Shown here: positions 1-12,900 of the stretch, piece by piece
Position numbering within the stretch: the stretch's first letter is position 1
Layout of the letters: each line of letters opens with the position of its first letter
Source: Heptranchias perlo
Lineage: Eukaryota
Direction: 5' to 3'
NCBI RefSeq assembly: GCF_035084215.1
Contig: NC_090345.1
Coordinates: 20,460,001 to 20,524,000, forward strand
Length of the DNA: 64,000 bases
Program-made: the position numbers and the translations under genes
Notes under the pieces: model-generated
What the model saw: the letters and a program-made list of their open reading frames with translations, nothing else
Told to the model about the DNA's origin: nothing
The model's database searches: none

Positions 1-156
1 TGACTGCCAAACAACCAAAAATTAACTTTTAAAAATGTAAAGTCTCATATTACTCCTTATTTTAATAGTAATTTTTGGTCATTAAAAAAACATTCTTTTA
101 AATTAAAACATTTTTTAAAAATTTTTTTACTTTTCCCTTCTGTCTCCTTAATTTAA

Positions 157-403
157 ATGATGTGGAGATGCCGGTGATGGACTGGGGTTGACAATTGTAA
201 ACAATTTTACAACACCAAGTTATAGTCCAGCAATTTTATTTTAAATTCACAAGCTTTCGGAGGCTTCCTCCTTCGTCAGGTGAACGATGTGAAAAACTAT
301 CTTTTTCACATCGTTCACCTGACGAAGGAGGAAACCTCCGAAAGCTTGTGAATTTAAAATAAAATTGCTGGACTATAACTTGGTGTTGTAAAATTGTTTA
401 CAA
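157..403. mobile_element. Penelope-type fold-back (inverted terminal repeat) insertion with hammerhead motifs
   Basis: ~100-bp inverted arms plus a ~38-nt one-sided tail; 12-bp TSD TCCTTAATTTAA (145-156 and 404-415). Confidence 0.8.
314..352 (+). ncRNA. Minimal type I hammerhead ribozyme motif (mirror copy on the minus strand at 246-284)
   Basis: TTCAC-CTGACGA-A-GGAGG(AAA)CCTCC-GAAA-GC-TT-GTGAA: stem I, core, stem II and a palindromic stem III. Confidence 0.7.
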
Positions 404-835
404 TCCTTAATTTAACTATTTCTTTGGCTTTTTATATAAAAATATATACTTTTTTATTTACAATAATATCCAGAATAACTAACTTTAAATGAATGAAGTC
501 TCCTGGCCTGCTTCAGCAATGACGCCTGAACCTGTGGGCATGACGTCTCTTCCTGTCAGATTTTGTGGGCGTGTTTTCTATTCGCACAGATTTCTTCCAT
601 GCTCGTCAACTCATGGTGCTTAGAGGCTGAGTTGATAGCGCACAATTTTTTAAAAGTTCAAAATCAAGCAAGTTGACGCCACAGAGCCCGCAGTAAGTAC
701 ATTCGTTAATTTAATTCGCAGGAGCTGCGGCGAGCATTGCCTTGCCGCTCTGCGCGAGTTCTGGCCCAATATAAAACTGGCACAGTTCATCAAATACAAA
801 CATTTCAAATAGAAAATGATAGCTATAAATTCTAC

Positions 836-938
836 CTGATCTGTTGTTCTTCCCAAGCTATGTTCTTTGTTTGTTGGATGTTCTTTGCTGAGGTTTGTCA
901 TCATAGACTTGTCACCCAAAAGACTCTTTGCACCTTTG
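836..938 (-). CDS. EFCAB6-like coding exon 13 (KGAKSLLGDK...GRTTDQ)
   Basis: Within ORF 650..958; acceptor cttaatag, donor GTAGAA, 103 nt, phase 2 to 0; weaker splice sites than the other exons. Confidence 0.6.
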
Positions 939-3900
939 CTATTAAGCAACCAATACAAATGTCACTTATTACTTGATTTGTGACTGAATTTAAAAAGTTA
1001 GTGATAATCATATTCAGTTATACAATATTTTCAACATAGGAATTGATAAAATATTACTGTTTATCATCTTTTATTTCTTTCCCACCAATTTTTATCCTTT
1101 CCTGTGACCATTAGCTCTTTGCCAATGGTGCCAGTCGCCATTTGGGACCTCATGCAAAAGGCTGTTCTTCAAGTTTGAGCCCAAAGTTAGTGTTGGCAGA
1201 CAGTAGGGAGCATCCTTACCTGATAGTCACGCTCATGCACTTGCATCAAAGGTTGCTGGATAGCAGTCAGGAGTGGGAAACCTTAATAATTTTCCCCTCC
1301 CAACCCAGGGTTGTTAAGGCTGATTGTAGCAGACCTACCATCACTCAGGCTGAAATTAGATAATTCAGTACAGACTGGGGATTAAACCTGGGATTTCCAG
1401 GTCTTGCAGCTACCCAGTACCTTAACCGTCTTTTTTTTTTATTCGTTCATGGGATGTGGGCGTCGCTGGCAAGGCCAGCATTTATTGCCCATCCCTAATT
1501 GCCCCTGAGAAGGTGGTGGTGAGCCGCCTTCTTGAACCGCTGCAGTCCGTGTGGTGAAGGTTCTCCCACAGTGCTGTTAGGAAGGGAGTTCCAGGATTTT
1601 GACCCAGCGATGATGAAGGAACGGCGATATATTTCCAAGTTGGGATGGTGTGTGACTTGGAGGGGAACGTGCAGGTGGTGTTGTTCCCATGTGCCTGCTA
1701 CTCTTGTCCTTCTAGGTGGTAGAGGTCGCGGGTTTCAGAGGTGCTGTCGAAATCTGAGCTATCAGCAAAGTTCGCTAAGTGCACAATTCTGGTCTCCATA
1801 TTATTAATAGGATATAGAGGCACTGGAGAGGGTGCAAAAAAGATTCACGAGGATGATATCAGAACCATGGGGTTATACTTACCAGAAAAAGTTGAACAGG
1901 CTGGGGCTCTTTTCTCTAGAAAACAGAAGGCTGGGAGGTGACTTGATAGAGTAATGAAAGAGTTTGATAAGATAGATGTAGAGAAGATATTTCCACTTGG
2001 GGGGGGGGAGAACAAAACTAGGGACCATAAATATAAGATAGTCACTAACAAATCCAATAGGGAATTCAGGGAAACTTCTTCACCCAGAGAGTGGTAAGAA
2101 TGTGGAACTCGCTACCACAAGGAGTAGTTGAGGCAAATAGCATTGAAGCATTTAAGGGGAAGCTAGATAAGCACATGAGGGAGAAGGGAATAGAAGGATA
2201 TGTTGATAGGGTTGGATGAAGAGGGGTGGGAGGAGGTTTGTGTGGAGCATAAACATCGGCATAGACCAGTTGGGCCAAATGGCCAGTTTCTGTGCTGTAG
2301 TTTCTATGTAACTATGTAACTATGCTTCTTTAACATGGACTATTCAAAGTAGAATTCATACAATGGGAACAGTAAAATACCAAAGGAAAGACCGAATAAC
2401 ACATGAGTGGTGAAGTCATCAGTGAGTTATGATAGCCTTCAAAATGAGTTAAATAAATTATGTTTTATGAGTGATCACTCTCATATCACCCTACATATTT
2501 ATCACTATCAACAAAATAGTGACAACTGTATGGGACAAAATTCCACTCTTACTTCTTCAGCTTAGTACAAAAAACTGTAAGTTTGACTCTACATAATGTG
2601 CCACAATATGAATCAACTCCTCTGCAGTCTCACGTGGAGTATTTTATAACACACTCAACTGTGATTCCATGAGTTTATCACATCTAAAATATGAAACCAT
2701 ATGTTGTGTAACCTACTGCATCTAGTTTTAATGATGAGAATGCGTCTTTTAGATCTTTAATGTGTGAGAGTGGTAACAATTAAAATGCACATCTAGACTG
2801 ATTTCTGTATCTACCAACTTCTCTGCAGTACGGCAAGTCGGTACTACAGTGTAGCCATCATATTATGGGAGGTGACTCATTACATTTGAAAGAAAAATCT
2901 GGTGACATTTAGTGAAATTTATGGAACATTTTTCCCTGAGACACGTATATAGATGATCCATATGTTAACAATCATAACAAGATTATAAGGCATTTGAACA
3001 ATGGTTACATTAATTCAATAAACCAGCAATGCAAAAATTAAGACATTATTCAAAACAATCTAATTCTGATTTTATACTGTATTTCTTTTTAATTTAGATC
3101 CTGTAGACTACAATGGATTTTATGGAATGCTGAAATTCAGTGAATTTTACAGATCTGTGGACATCCACCAGTCTGTGCTATATACAACCACATATATATA
3201 CATTTATAAACCTAATTGTCACAGGGCTGCCTTGTTATTAGAGATACACTAATCATGGTTTATATTAAAAATGTGCCAGGGCTCAATATTCCATCCACAT
3301 TTATATTCTCTATTGTTTTAGTAAGACATTTTGGAAAAAAGTTTTTTTCACTAATTCTCAGTCAAAACAAAGTAAGTCAATCATAATTAAGTCAATCAAC
3401 ATTTTAAAGTATTGTAAAATAGAAGTTAGTAATAATTTTACTGAGTTGGACTTTCACTAAACCACACTGCAGTAGCACTATCTTGTTTATAATACTGCTC
3501 CTCGATTCTCAATTTGTCATCTAAGGTAAAAAGTAAAACTTAAAATCAATAACAAGCAGCAGTATTCATATTGATGAATTTTTACTTCTTGGTTACACAA
3601 CATGGCTATCAACTTCCCAGCATTGGATTATTTTTCAGCCAAAATGGTGTAAGGGCTTCTCATCTGCACAGCTAGTAGAATAAAATCTGCACTGGGAGAA
3701 CTTGAAGCCAGCTAATTGCTAAAAAAAATGGACAGCCTTGCCAATTCAGAGCAAGGCGGGTCATTTTGGAAGAATTGACTGGTGGCTGTTAGGAACTACA
3801 TTGTCTGAGGGTGTTCTCTATCATTGTTCTTTTCAACTCAAAAATGTCTCATCATACGCCATGGTCTCAAAATGGCTCCATCTGACCTACTCCCCAGCAG

Positions 3901-6900
3901 CACAATACAGCGAAGACCTACTTACCAGCTGTCAAACATGGACATGAATTCAAGGTATTTTACATTGCCTCGAGCATCAAGTGGTATCCTGTCCTTCAGA
4001 TAACTCAGTTCTTCATCAGACATGTTAATGCCAAACCTTGCAGGATAGACAAAAATCAGATAATATCCATAACCCTGCATTATTGATATAACTTTACCCT
4101 GTTTACAAAAAAGATAATTTCAGTAGAATACTGCAAACAATGTTAAGTGTTTACAAGTATAATGTGCTACTGTCTAGCGCAGAAATTCAGCTGCAATAGG
4201 ATTATTTCTCCTACCCGTAGGCTAAGAAAATATCAAAATAATTAGCTCACCCTCTGTTGGTCTATTCTACAACATTTCAGAACAGTTTGGCTGACACATA
4301 AAATTATTTTTTTGTTTCAACATAATGTGGAAAGTATGTGCTGAAATCGTTAGCATGCTGAAAAAATGTTTCCGTCCCTAGTATGGGAATCTCATTAAAT
4401 ATCAGCCCAGAATTCAAAAAATATATATACTTTTGAGGGCTAATTTTTCTGTGGGAAACATCTCCAATCCTCTCAGGAATGTCCCCTTTTGTCACTGAGC
4501 CCAACCACATTACCCCACGGCCAGCTGGTACTGTGATTCAATCAAAGGAGAAGAAGTAGAGAAGTTCTCCTGATGATGCAAAAAACAATTTAACAAACTG
4601 GATTTCTCCACAACACGTGGTTTTAAAATGACATTTTATGGCATGGTCATTTTGTTTAAAACCAATTTCAAAGAAGGTATTATTTTCCTTAAAGCTCCTA
4701 CACAATTTTTTTTTGTTAAACCTTTATCATTTGAACTTTGAAATCATTCTGAATGTAATTTCGATCAGCAAAATGGCACTAGTGATTATAATGAGAGCTT
4801 GTGCCTAATTGAAGCAAATTGCTGGTATCAGAAATTGTACGTGCAATATTGAAGTTTTTAACCCAGAAATTTCCTTGGAATCAATTCGTGTTTTAGGAAA
4901 AAACAACCAAATATGGTGGGAATATTTTATTTTGAACTGTTTTATTATATTGTTATTACAATGATGTCTATTATCCACATACTCAGTGGCTTCTTTACTG
5001 CTTGATGCCTTTATTTCTGACTTCTTCTTACAAACAAGCTCAAGACCCTGTTTCTCAGTGACAGTTCGAACTGTTGTGTAGTTAACAAAAGATGCAGCTG
5101 ACCTTACATTTCAGTTATTTAACAGTACATTTTTAGGTTTTTGTAAATCTGCTAATCATACCAATATTGTTACATCTGCCTTCCTTTTAAAAAAAAGTAC
5201 TACCCCCTACATATCTGTGTGACCTTTATGTTTTCCAAATTGCCTGCCCTATGGACTCTTTGAATGAGACTGCAATTATTGAATTCATGGCTATTATTTT
5301 ATTCTGTTGGCTTGTGTGCACTACAAATTGGTTTGAGTCTATCCAGATTGATTTTACCTAAGACTGTTAAGCTGTCTCTCTGTCTTGTGCAGGGATTTTC
5401 AATTATTATCAGGTGTAAATCTGTAACAAGTAGTTTGCCTGCCCAATAACTGTGCGTGAATCGGAACTATTTATTTGCTTTAAGTTGCCTTGCTCAGGTG
5501 TATGCAAAATGGAATTTGCAATATTGTGATAACCAACGGATTTCACCATTGCATGTGTAGACCCCTTTCCACGAACCTTGTCACTACCATTAGTTCAAAA
5601 AGAAATTCTGCATTATTAAATATGTTATTGGCAACCTAATATTACAGATGGTTGACTGTATTGCCAATAATCTTATAAAGACTGTAAATCATCCATGAGA
5701 GAATGTAAAAATTTACCTGCTTTTTAGGATTGCCCAGAAAGCTTGTTGGCTGATCAAATCTAGTTTCTGGTTGTCAATTTTACTGCAAAGCAAGATAATA
5801 CCAAAATGTTATCTGTTTGTAATGGTACATGTTGTATATGTTTATAATGGCACATGTAATGTACGTGAAATTGTGCAGATTTATGATGTCATGTTGCTTA
5901 GCTGGTAACGGTCTCACCTCTGAGTCAGAAGGTTGTAATCTGGACTGACACTTCATTGCAGTATTGACAGACTGACAAGAGTGCTGCATTGTCAGAGGTT
6001 CCATATGTTGGATGAAATGTTAAATTAACCTCTGTATGCCTGTTCAAGTGGATGTAAAAGATCCTATGACACTATTCATAGAAGTGCAGGGAGTTTCCTG
6101 CTGTCCTGGCCAACATTCATTCCTCAACCAACACCAACAAAACAAATTAGCTGGTCATTTAACTCATTGCTGTTTTTGGGATCTTGGTGTGTGCAGATTG
6201 CCTGCAATATTTGTATACAACAACAGTGAATGTAATTAAAGTAATTAATTGGCTGTGAAGCACTTTGGGATGTGTTGACGATGTTATATGTGCGATATAA
6301 ATTCTTTCTTACTTATGAATTAGTGATAATTATCAGGGGCATAAAATTAAATATATCACTTACTGAAAAACCCCCAAAAGGGAAAGGAACTCAGAATGTA
6401 AGAGATTCATTAGCTTTGCCTCTAAAGCAGTTACTGAGGATCGAGAGCCAAAGCTTCTGAGTTTGTTAAATCTGTATAGGACAATGAAGAACTATTAAAA
6501 ATATCAAACTAAGGACAGAATTCATCTTGAAATCATTTTATAGGCATTATAGCATAAATGTACTGCATTATTTCTAAAATCAAAACAATCACTGCAGCAT
6601 CAGTTCTCTACTACAGGTATTAAATGAAGAAACAATGAAAAAAAAGTTCCTTTTTGCCTGAGTCTTCAGCTGCCTCACCTATGATTTTCATCAGTTATAA
6701 TCCTGTGAGGCACTCCGTTTTCACTTCTATCTTGAAAATTGTGAAGAAATTCCACGTAGCTTATATTTGATGTATCTTCTTGAAGACCACAACGTACAAG
6801 GAAAACATTTAGCTGGTCTTCTTTAAGTCGAAGTTTGAATTTTTTCAGGACACGTAGAAAGTTTTCTCTCGTTACCTTGATGTAAAATAGAATCCTAGAA

Positions 6901-9900
6901 GTGGTTTAATTGGCTTTAGGTGCTAACACTCTTTTAGCATAATGTCAATCCTTGCTTTTATTAATTGGTGCTTACCAAGGTGACTGACAACATCTTAGTG
7001 AATAAACTTCAAACCAGTAAGTATCACCATTTATTCTGTAATGTACAGTTTACCATTGAATGTATAGTTCCTACCCACCCACCAATGTAATTGTATAAAT
7101 GTTTCTGTATTTTAATATGTTACTGGCCAATGTTACTGGTTGACTTCAACAGAAAGTAATATCAGGCAGAGTGTAAAGCAGTCAACCGTTCCAATCCTGT
7201 TGGTTTTCTGCTGAGCGAGATAGGTTAAAATTACCTACGTAGCTTTTGGAAATGACTTGCATACAAGTACTTAACTTTTAAAAACTCCTAACAGGGGCCA
7301 TTGTTTTGATGCAGTTCACTTTTTGAAAAGACTTAAACTCCGCTGCTCAGCCTTTTTAATGCTACTGAGAACAATGCCATTGACAATGTCCATCTCTCTA
7401 AAAATAAGTTGCACAATGGATCAGACACAATACAGATGTTTCCCTCCAGTGCCCTGACATTCACCCTCATCCTAGGCTTTTGCAAAAGACATCAACAGCA
7501 CCATTAGACCATTACCATTACCCCACTTATCAGACTCTTTGGGGGGAATTTTAACTCCCCTATGACGGGCGGGAGAGGGTCGGGAGTGTGGGGGGGGTTA
7601 AATCGTCAAATTTGCGAAACCCGGCCCCAACACGCCGCGAGCGCACCTGTTTCTGTTTTAACCGCGGTGGATATCGGGGCGTGAAGTAATCCGCTCTGGA
7701 GAGGGGGGTCCGTCGTTATAATGTTTAAATGCGGCTCCTTTACTGAGATTTTGGTAGCAATTTGAAATTAACACCTCCTGCATAGGTTTCCCAGGATTTG
7801 AGAAACTCGTCAGTAAAACGGAGGCGAGATTGAGCGACACTTCATCGGGATGGTCAGGAATCCCGATATGAATAAAGGCTCAGTGCTCACAGTTGCTTTC
7901 TCAGTTCTCTCTGCGAAACGGTTTGGTGAGAGTACTTGCTGTGAGAGATTTATAGGTACAGTGTGAAGGTGTTCACACAGAGAACATCAGAATAGGTGGT
8001 GTCATGGCTGCTTTTGATTGGACATCAGATAAGGACGACAATCAGCATCCACAGCAGCAAGGGCATGCTGTGGTGGGAACTGCAGGTGGACAAAAGAGAG
8101 GTGGACAACAGAGAGAGGTGGACGATAGAGAGGGGAGCAACAGAGTGGTCGAGTTTGCAGGAAGCACTACCCATGTAACAGGGTGTACAGATAAAGGCTC
8201 AGCTTCCTTGACCTCTCAGAAGAGTCAGATTATCACGTCAGGTGATCGCAGACATCTGCAGCCTCCTAAAAGACGACCAGCTCCCTGCTGGACCTGCATT
8301 ACCAGTAATTGAGTCGCCCTCAATTTTTTTGCCTCTGGTTCCTTCCAGGGTGCTACTGGAGAGAGTCTCGCAGTCAGCTGCACATAAATGCATAAGGCAG
8401 GTGACTGATGGATTATTTGCCAGGGCTGGGAGGTATGTAAACTTTCTCTGTGATGACAATAGCCAGAATGAGCGGGCACTTGCATTTGCGTCTCTGGCTG
8501 GCTCCCCACAGGTACAAGGTGCCATTGACTGTACACACGTGGCAATCCAAGCACCACCGGATCAACCAGGAGCATTCGTTAACCACAAGGGATTTCATTC
8601 CATCAATGCTCAGCTGGTGTGCAGCCACAAGAAAAGGATCATGCAGGTCTGCGCCAGATTCCCTGGGAGCTGCCATGATACTTTCATACTGCGTCAGTCC
8701 AACATCCCCGACCTGTTTGTAGCTGGAATCAGCCTTAACAGGTGGCTGCTAGGCGACACAGGATTCCCGCTTCAAACCTGATTGATGACACCTCTGAGGG
8801 GTAGAGACAGGCTGCTCTGATCCCTGCTCTGGCTGTTGAGATGCTCTTGGCCGATGACCTCTGGGTGTTGGAGCCCGTGAGGGCCCCGCCAAAGACTGCT
8901 CCACCTGCGCCTGTGCAGGGGCAGACTCGGCTTTTGGGAGATGAGGCAGCATGTCGGGTACTGGTTGAGGGATTGCCAACAGGTGAGACGTGGGAGCGCT
9001 TTGAGTGGAGTTCCCACTTCCATTTCCCCTTTCGCCATCATCCCTCTCCTAGGCCACAGCTAAGGTATCTGTCATCCTGTTTAAGGCGCCAGACATGTTG
9101 GCATCCAAAGTCTGTAAGGTCATGGCTTGCATGGACTGATTTGATTGCCGCGATTGAAGTTCCACAGAGGAGACCACTCTATCCTTGGAAGACATCTTCA
9201 CAATTACCTGCGACATCAATCCACAAATACTTGAGCTGGACTCCTCCATCCTCTGTGCTATTGTGGACAGTGTGTCTGGCACGACTGCCAGAACTTTGCA
9301 AATTTGCTGCTGATCCTCTATCAGTCTCCTTTTCACCGATGCCTCCCAGGGTTCAGCATCCATGTCCAGCTGAACAGAGCTTGAAGAGGAGTACACCCTA
9401 CCACCCGGACTCTCCACAGCTGTCCCTGCCACCATTCTCTGCTTGTGCACACTTGTGAACTGTGATTTACCAGGCATGATCCCAACTAACTCTCTAACAG
9501 GACCCACCGAAGTGCTCGTATCTGCGCTGGTGCCTGGTAAGCATATGTCCTGTGATGGTGCACCCTCAGAACGAACCAGCTCCTCTGAGGAAATGTCATA
9601 GGAATGTAAAAATGTTGAAATTCAGCATGATTAAAGTGACCATATTTTATTTGGTGCTGAAATCAAGTCAACGTGACTTAGTCTTGTATGAGATGCGGGT
9701 CGGAGATATTTAGCGCTGTCACCATGGGGCAGTGCAGTTCGAGTCTCGCCATTTCCGAAGCTCAGGGGCAATGATATCCCACTTATCTCCATGGCCTCTT
9801 GCTCTGCAGATGTCAATGGTACGGTCTGTGGTAGAACACCTCCAGTCCACTCACTCGCCCTTGTATTTTTCGTCCCCTTCTCCTGCAAGGGGGCATGACA

Positions 9901-12900
9901 GACCTATGAATGTCTGTAAGGCATGTGTGCATCCGATGGATGCAGTGCATTCAGGGTGACAATCAGGCAGATGTATCACGAGTGGCACTGGCATGCATTT
10001 GAGGATATGTTGACAGTGCCATTTGAGGACGTGTGCTGAGATTCAGGTGAGCTGACTGAGGTGGTATCACATTACATAAGGATTGGGGTGAGTGGCAGTG
10101 ATGGATGGAGAAAGGGGGAGGTGAGGAAGTCCATAGAAAGGGAACAATGGGTGCTGCTGAAACTTAAGTGGCTGTGAGGAGTGATGTGATGGAGTATGCT
10201 TGATAAGACAGAGTGAAAGGGGGGGTGCACTACAGGATGTAGGTGAATCTGCAACTGTGATCACCTTTCCTGACCAGGTTAGGTCATTAAACCGCTTCCT
10301 GCACTGGATCCAGGTACGGAGCACCACACTCCTGCTGCTGACCTCCTCAGCCACCTCTAGCCATGCCTTCTTCGTCACAGCAGCAGGTTTCTTCTTGCTA
10401 TTGCTGGGGAATAGGACCTCCTTCCTAACCCTCATTGTACCCAGTTGTACATCAAATGACACCTCGTTGAACTGGGGCACAGCCTTTTGCCTTCCTGACT
10501 CTCTCTCCTGCAATGCACCCAACTCCATCTTTGCATTGGCCCTTTAAATAGTCAAGGCGAAATTGCATCATGCAGGTGAGCATCACACCCGCTCATGTGC
10601 ACTGGAGACACGAAACCCGGAAGTAAAATGATAATGAAGCATCCCTGTTGAAATCGGACATTCCCTCGCGTCCCACGATCTTCCGCATTTCACGACCTCT
10701 ATCGCACCGCCCGCCCCGCTCAGATCCTGCCATAGCGATAATATCGACCTCTTTGACTTTGTGGGCTGTTGAAGCTGAATCAGTAATTTAGTGTCTAATT
10801 TCTGGATTAATTACATTGGGAACTGAGTCAAGGCACCAAAGAATTATTTTCTTCTGTCCTACATTAACTGTTAGAACTTTATCCCTTCCATCTAGGCTTG
10901 ATTCCAACCCAGTTTCCATTATGTCACTCAATACCTTATTTTAGTAATATAAATATTTTCTTTTCAAAACTGGGATTTCTTTAAATAGTATCAAAAGTGT
11001 ACTGTCTTCATGATAATCTCATATGTAAGTGATATGACAATTAGCTTCAATACATGCCATATGCTTTCAAGCAAATGAAAAAATGTTTAGCAAACACTTT
11101 CTTATAAAGAAAGTGCCCCTTAATTGTCTCCACTATATAACTCTATGAAGTTATTTTGTTAAGACTACAGTCTGTTCCAATGTTACTTGAAAATTGGCCT
11201 TCTGACCTATTGGCACTTTCCCCAAAGAACTGAAAAAGAGCCTGGACAAAAGCAAACTTGTTTTGTACATTGGAACATTGAGGTTTTTTGGCTCCTGCTC
11301 CCCAATACTGACGTACATAATTCCTACTGAATAGAACACTACAACAAACAGACACAGAAGTAGAAAATAGTCTGAGAATAGAATGTAACTTCAAGCAATC
11401 AGTACAGTTTTACCAACATTTAATGTGAACAGGTCCTGAGAACACTAAATTACCTTTCCAGAATTATCTTGATCATAGTAATAGAAATCAGTCATCATAT
11501 TCTTGAAACCCTCTCTAAATTTTTCCTTTAACCAGTTTTCTATGTCCAATGTCAGTTTTCTCTCCTTTTCTGCTTTTGTTTGGCTTCTTCCTGAGGATCC
11601 TGCATTTGAATGTGGAAAATTATCCACTACTGTAATAGAAAACAAAATCCAGCTTGGGAAAAAAGCTGAATCCCTTAAATTTGGTGCATACATAGTACAT
11701 ACTGAAATTCATGCAAAATCTGTTTACCTATAACATAAAGTGCCACAATTTTTAAATGGCAAAAATTGTATGGAGGGTTATTAATTTATCATGCAATTTG
11801 ATTTAGTTGTGCATGGGCTGGATGCCAAATGAAGGGCTGCTCATTTAATATTTTTTTGGATGTCATGTCAAGTCCCACTAACCAAGCAAAGTTCCTCAGT
11901 CTCCAAGTGCACGTGTGCATACTCGCACATACACACAAACAAAAATGGGACAAAGTCAGTTGCAATTTTGAGGTACTTGAGTATGATTTTATAGCATGCA
12001 TTTTTTGTTTTCCTTCTAATTCGCATTTGGGGATATAGGGGGAGATTTTTACTCTCTGTGCCCGGCAGAAATGGAATGGTTACTGAGTTAAAATGGAGGT
12101 GGTGATCTTCCTGCTCTGTTGCCATTTTTTCCGGGGCCTTCCACTGAGTGGCTCACTCCACCAGTCACCTGCCCAATGGTTAAAATACACCCTGTGGTCC
12201 CATGAAGGACAAAGAAAACATCTAAACGTACTTAGCTGATCTTCTAATAAGCTGAATCTGGTTATCTTGCCAAGTGCTGACGAGCCTGATTTCCATCCTT
12301 CCCCATGATCACTTTTATTTTGGAAACCCAATGCTCTCATTAAGCTGTCAACTTTAACAATTCCAAGATCATCTGGGTCATACCTGGAGGTGGGACGGGT
12401 AAAGGATAAAAGAACTCAGAAGAAGCTTAACAAGAAAAGGAAATATGGAATATGTTGTACACGGAATCAAAGTGTCAGAGTTCGAGCCCTTTGTATTTGT
12501 TGTGGGGAGCAGCTGCTTTCTTTTTGAGCAATGGTGGCCTAAAGTAGTTTACACTGCTAATGTATTGTCATGTAAAAACATACTTATCATGGAAGAATAA
12601 ACCCAATGGTGGCAAGACCTCCTCTATATATTGGTTTTTGCTTAGATATGCCACTGTATATCTACAAACAGCACAATTGGGGCTTCTTCTGAACAAAGAA
12701 GCTGTGATCAAGAATTAACTATTAACTAATAGGATGCAAGATTCAGCCCATCACCAATGTGCTGCACAATCACATTAGCTTTTGTACTATTTTGACCCTT
12801 TATATGAAGATTTTTACTTTAAAAACTTTCCAAAAATATTGGGGAAAGCTAAGGTCTGTATTTTCACTGATGTTACCAATTAACTACACAGCTGTATTGA

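Larger units (their letters stand above)
1..767. mobile_element. Non-autonomous DNA transposon/MITE, right part (second copy at ~35470-35882)
   Basis: Colinear homology with 35470-35882; both end in a TTCTGG(G)CC(C)-type terminus; host of the 157-403 insertion. Confidence 0.65.
7541..10751. mobile_element. PIF/Harbinger DNA transposon, internally deleted
   Basis: Degenerate TIRs (GGGGGGAATTTTAAC ... GATAATATCGACCTC) flanked by TTT; contains convergent transposase and Myb/SANT genes. Confidence 0.85.

Noticed and set aside
157-403. Fold-back elements as miRNA genes, CRISPR-like arrays or classic MITEs
   Set aside because: Multi-copy with long variable TSDs and an asymmetric tail, no repeat-spacer structure, eukaryotic context; a retroelement origin fits better
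5895-5945. tRNA gene
   Set aside because: Only a degenerate tRNA-like SINE head; no complete cloverleaf
8242-8781. Domesticated HARBI1 gene
   Set aside because: Frameshifted, truncated before the catalytic Glu, and lying within TIRs with a partner Myb gene; it is a transposon relic
8841-9458. 205-aa plus-strand ORF
   Set aside because: Antisense shadow of the Harbinger Myb gene; no recognisable motif
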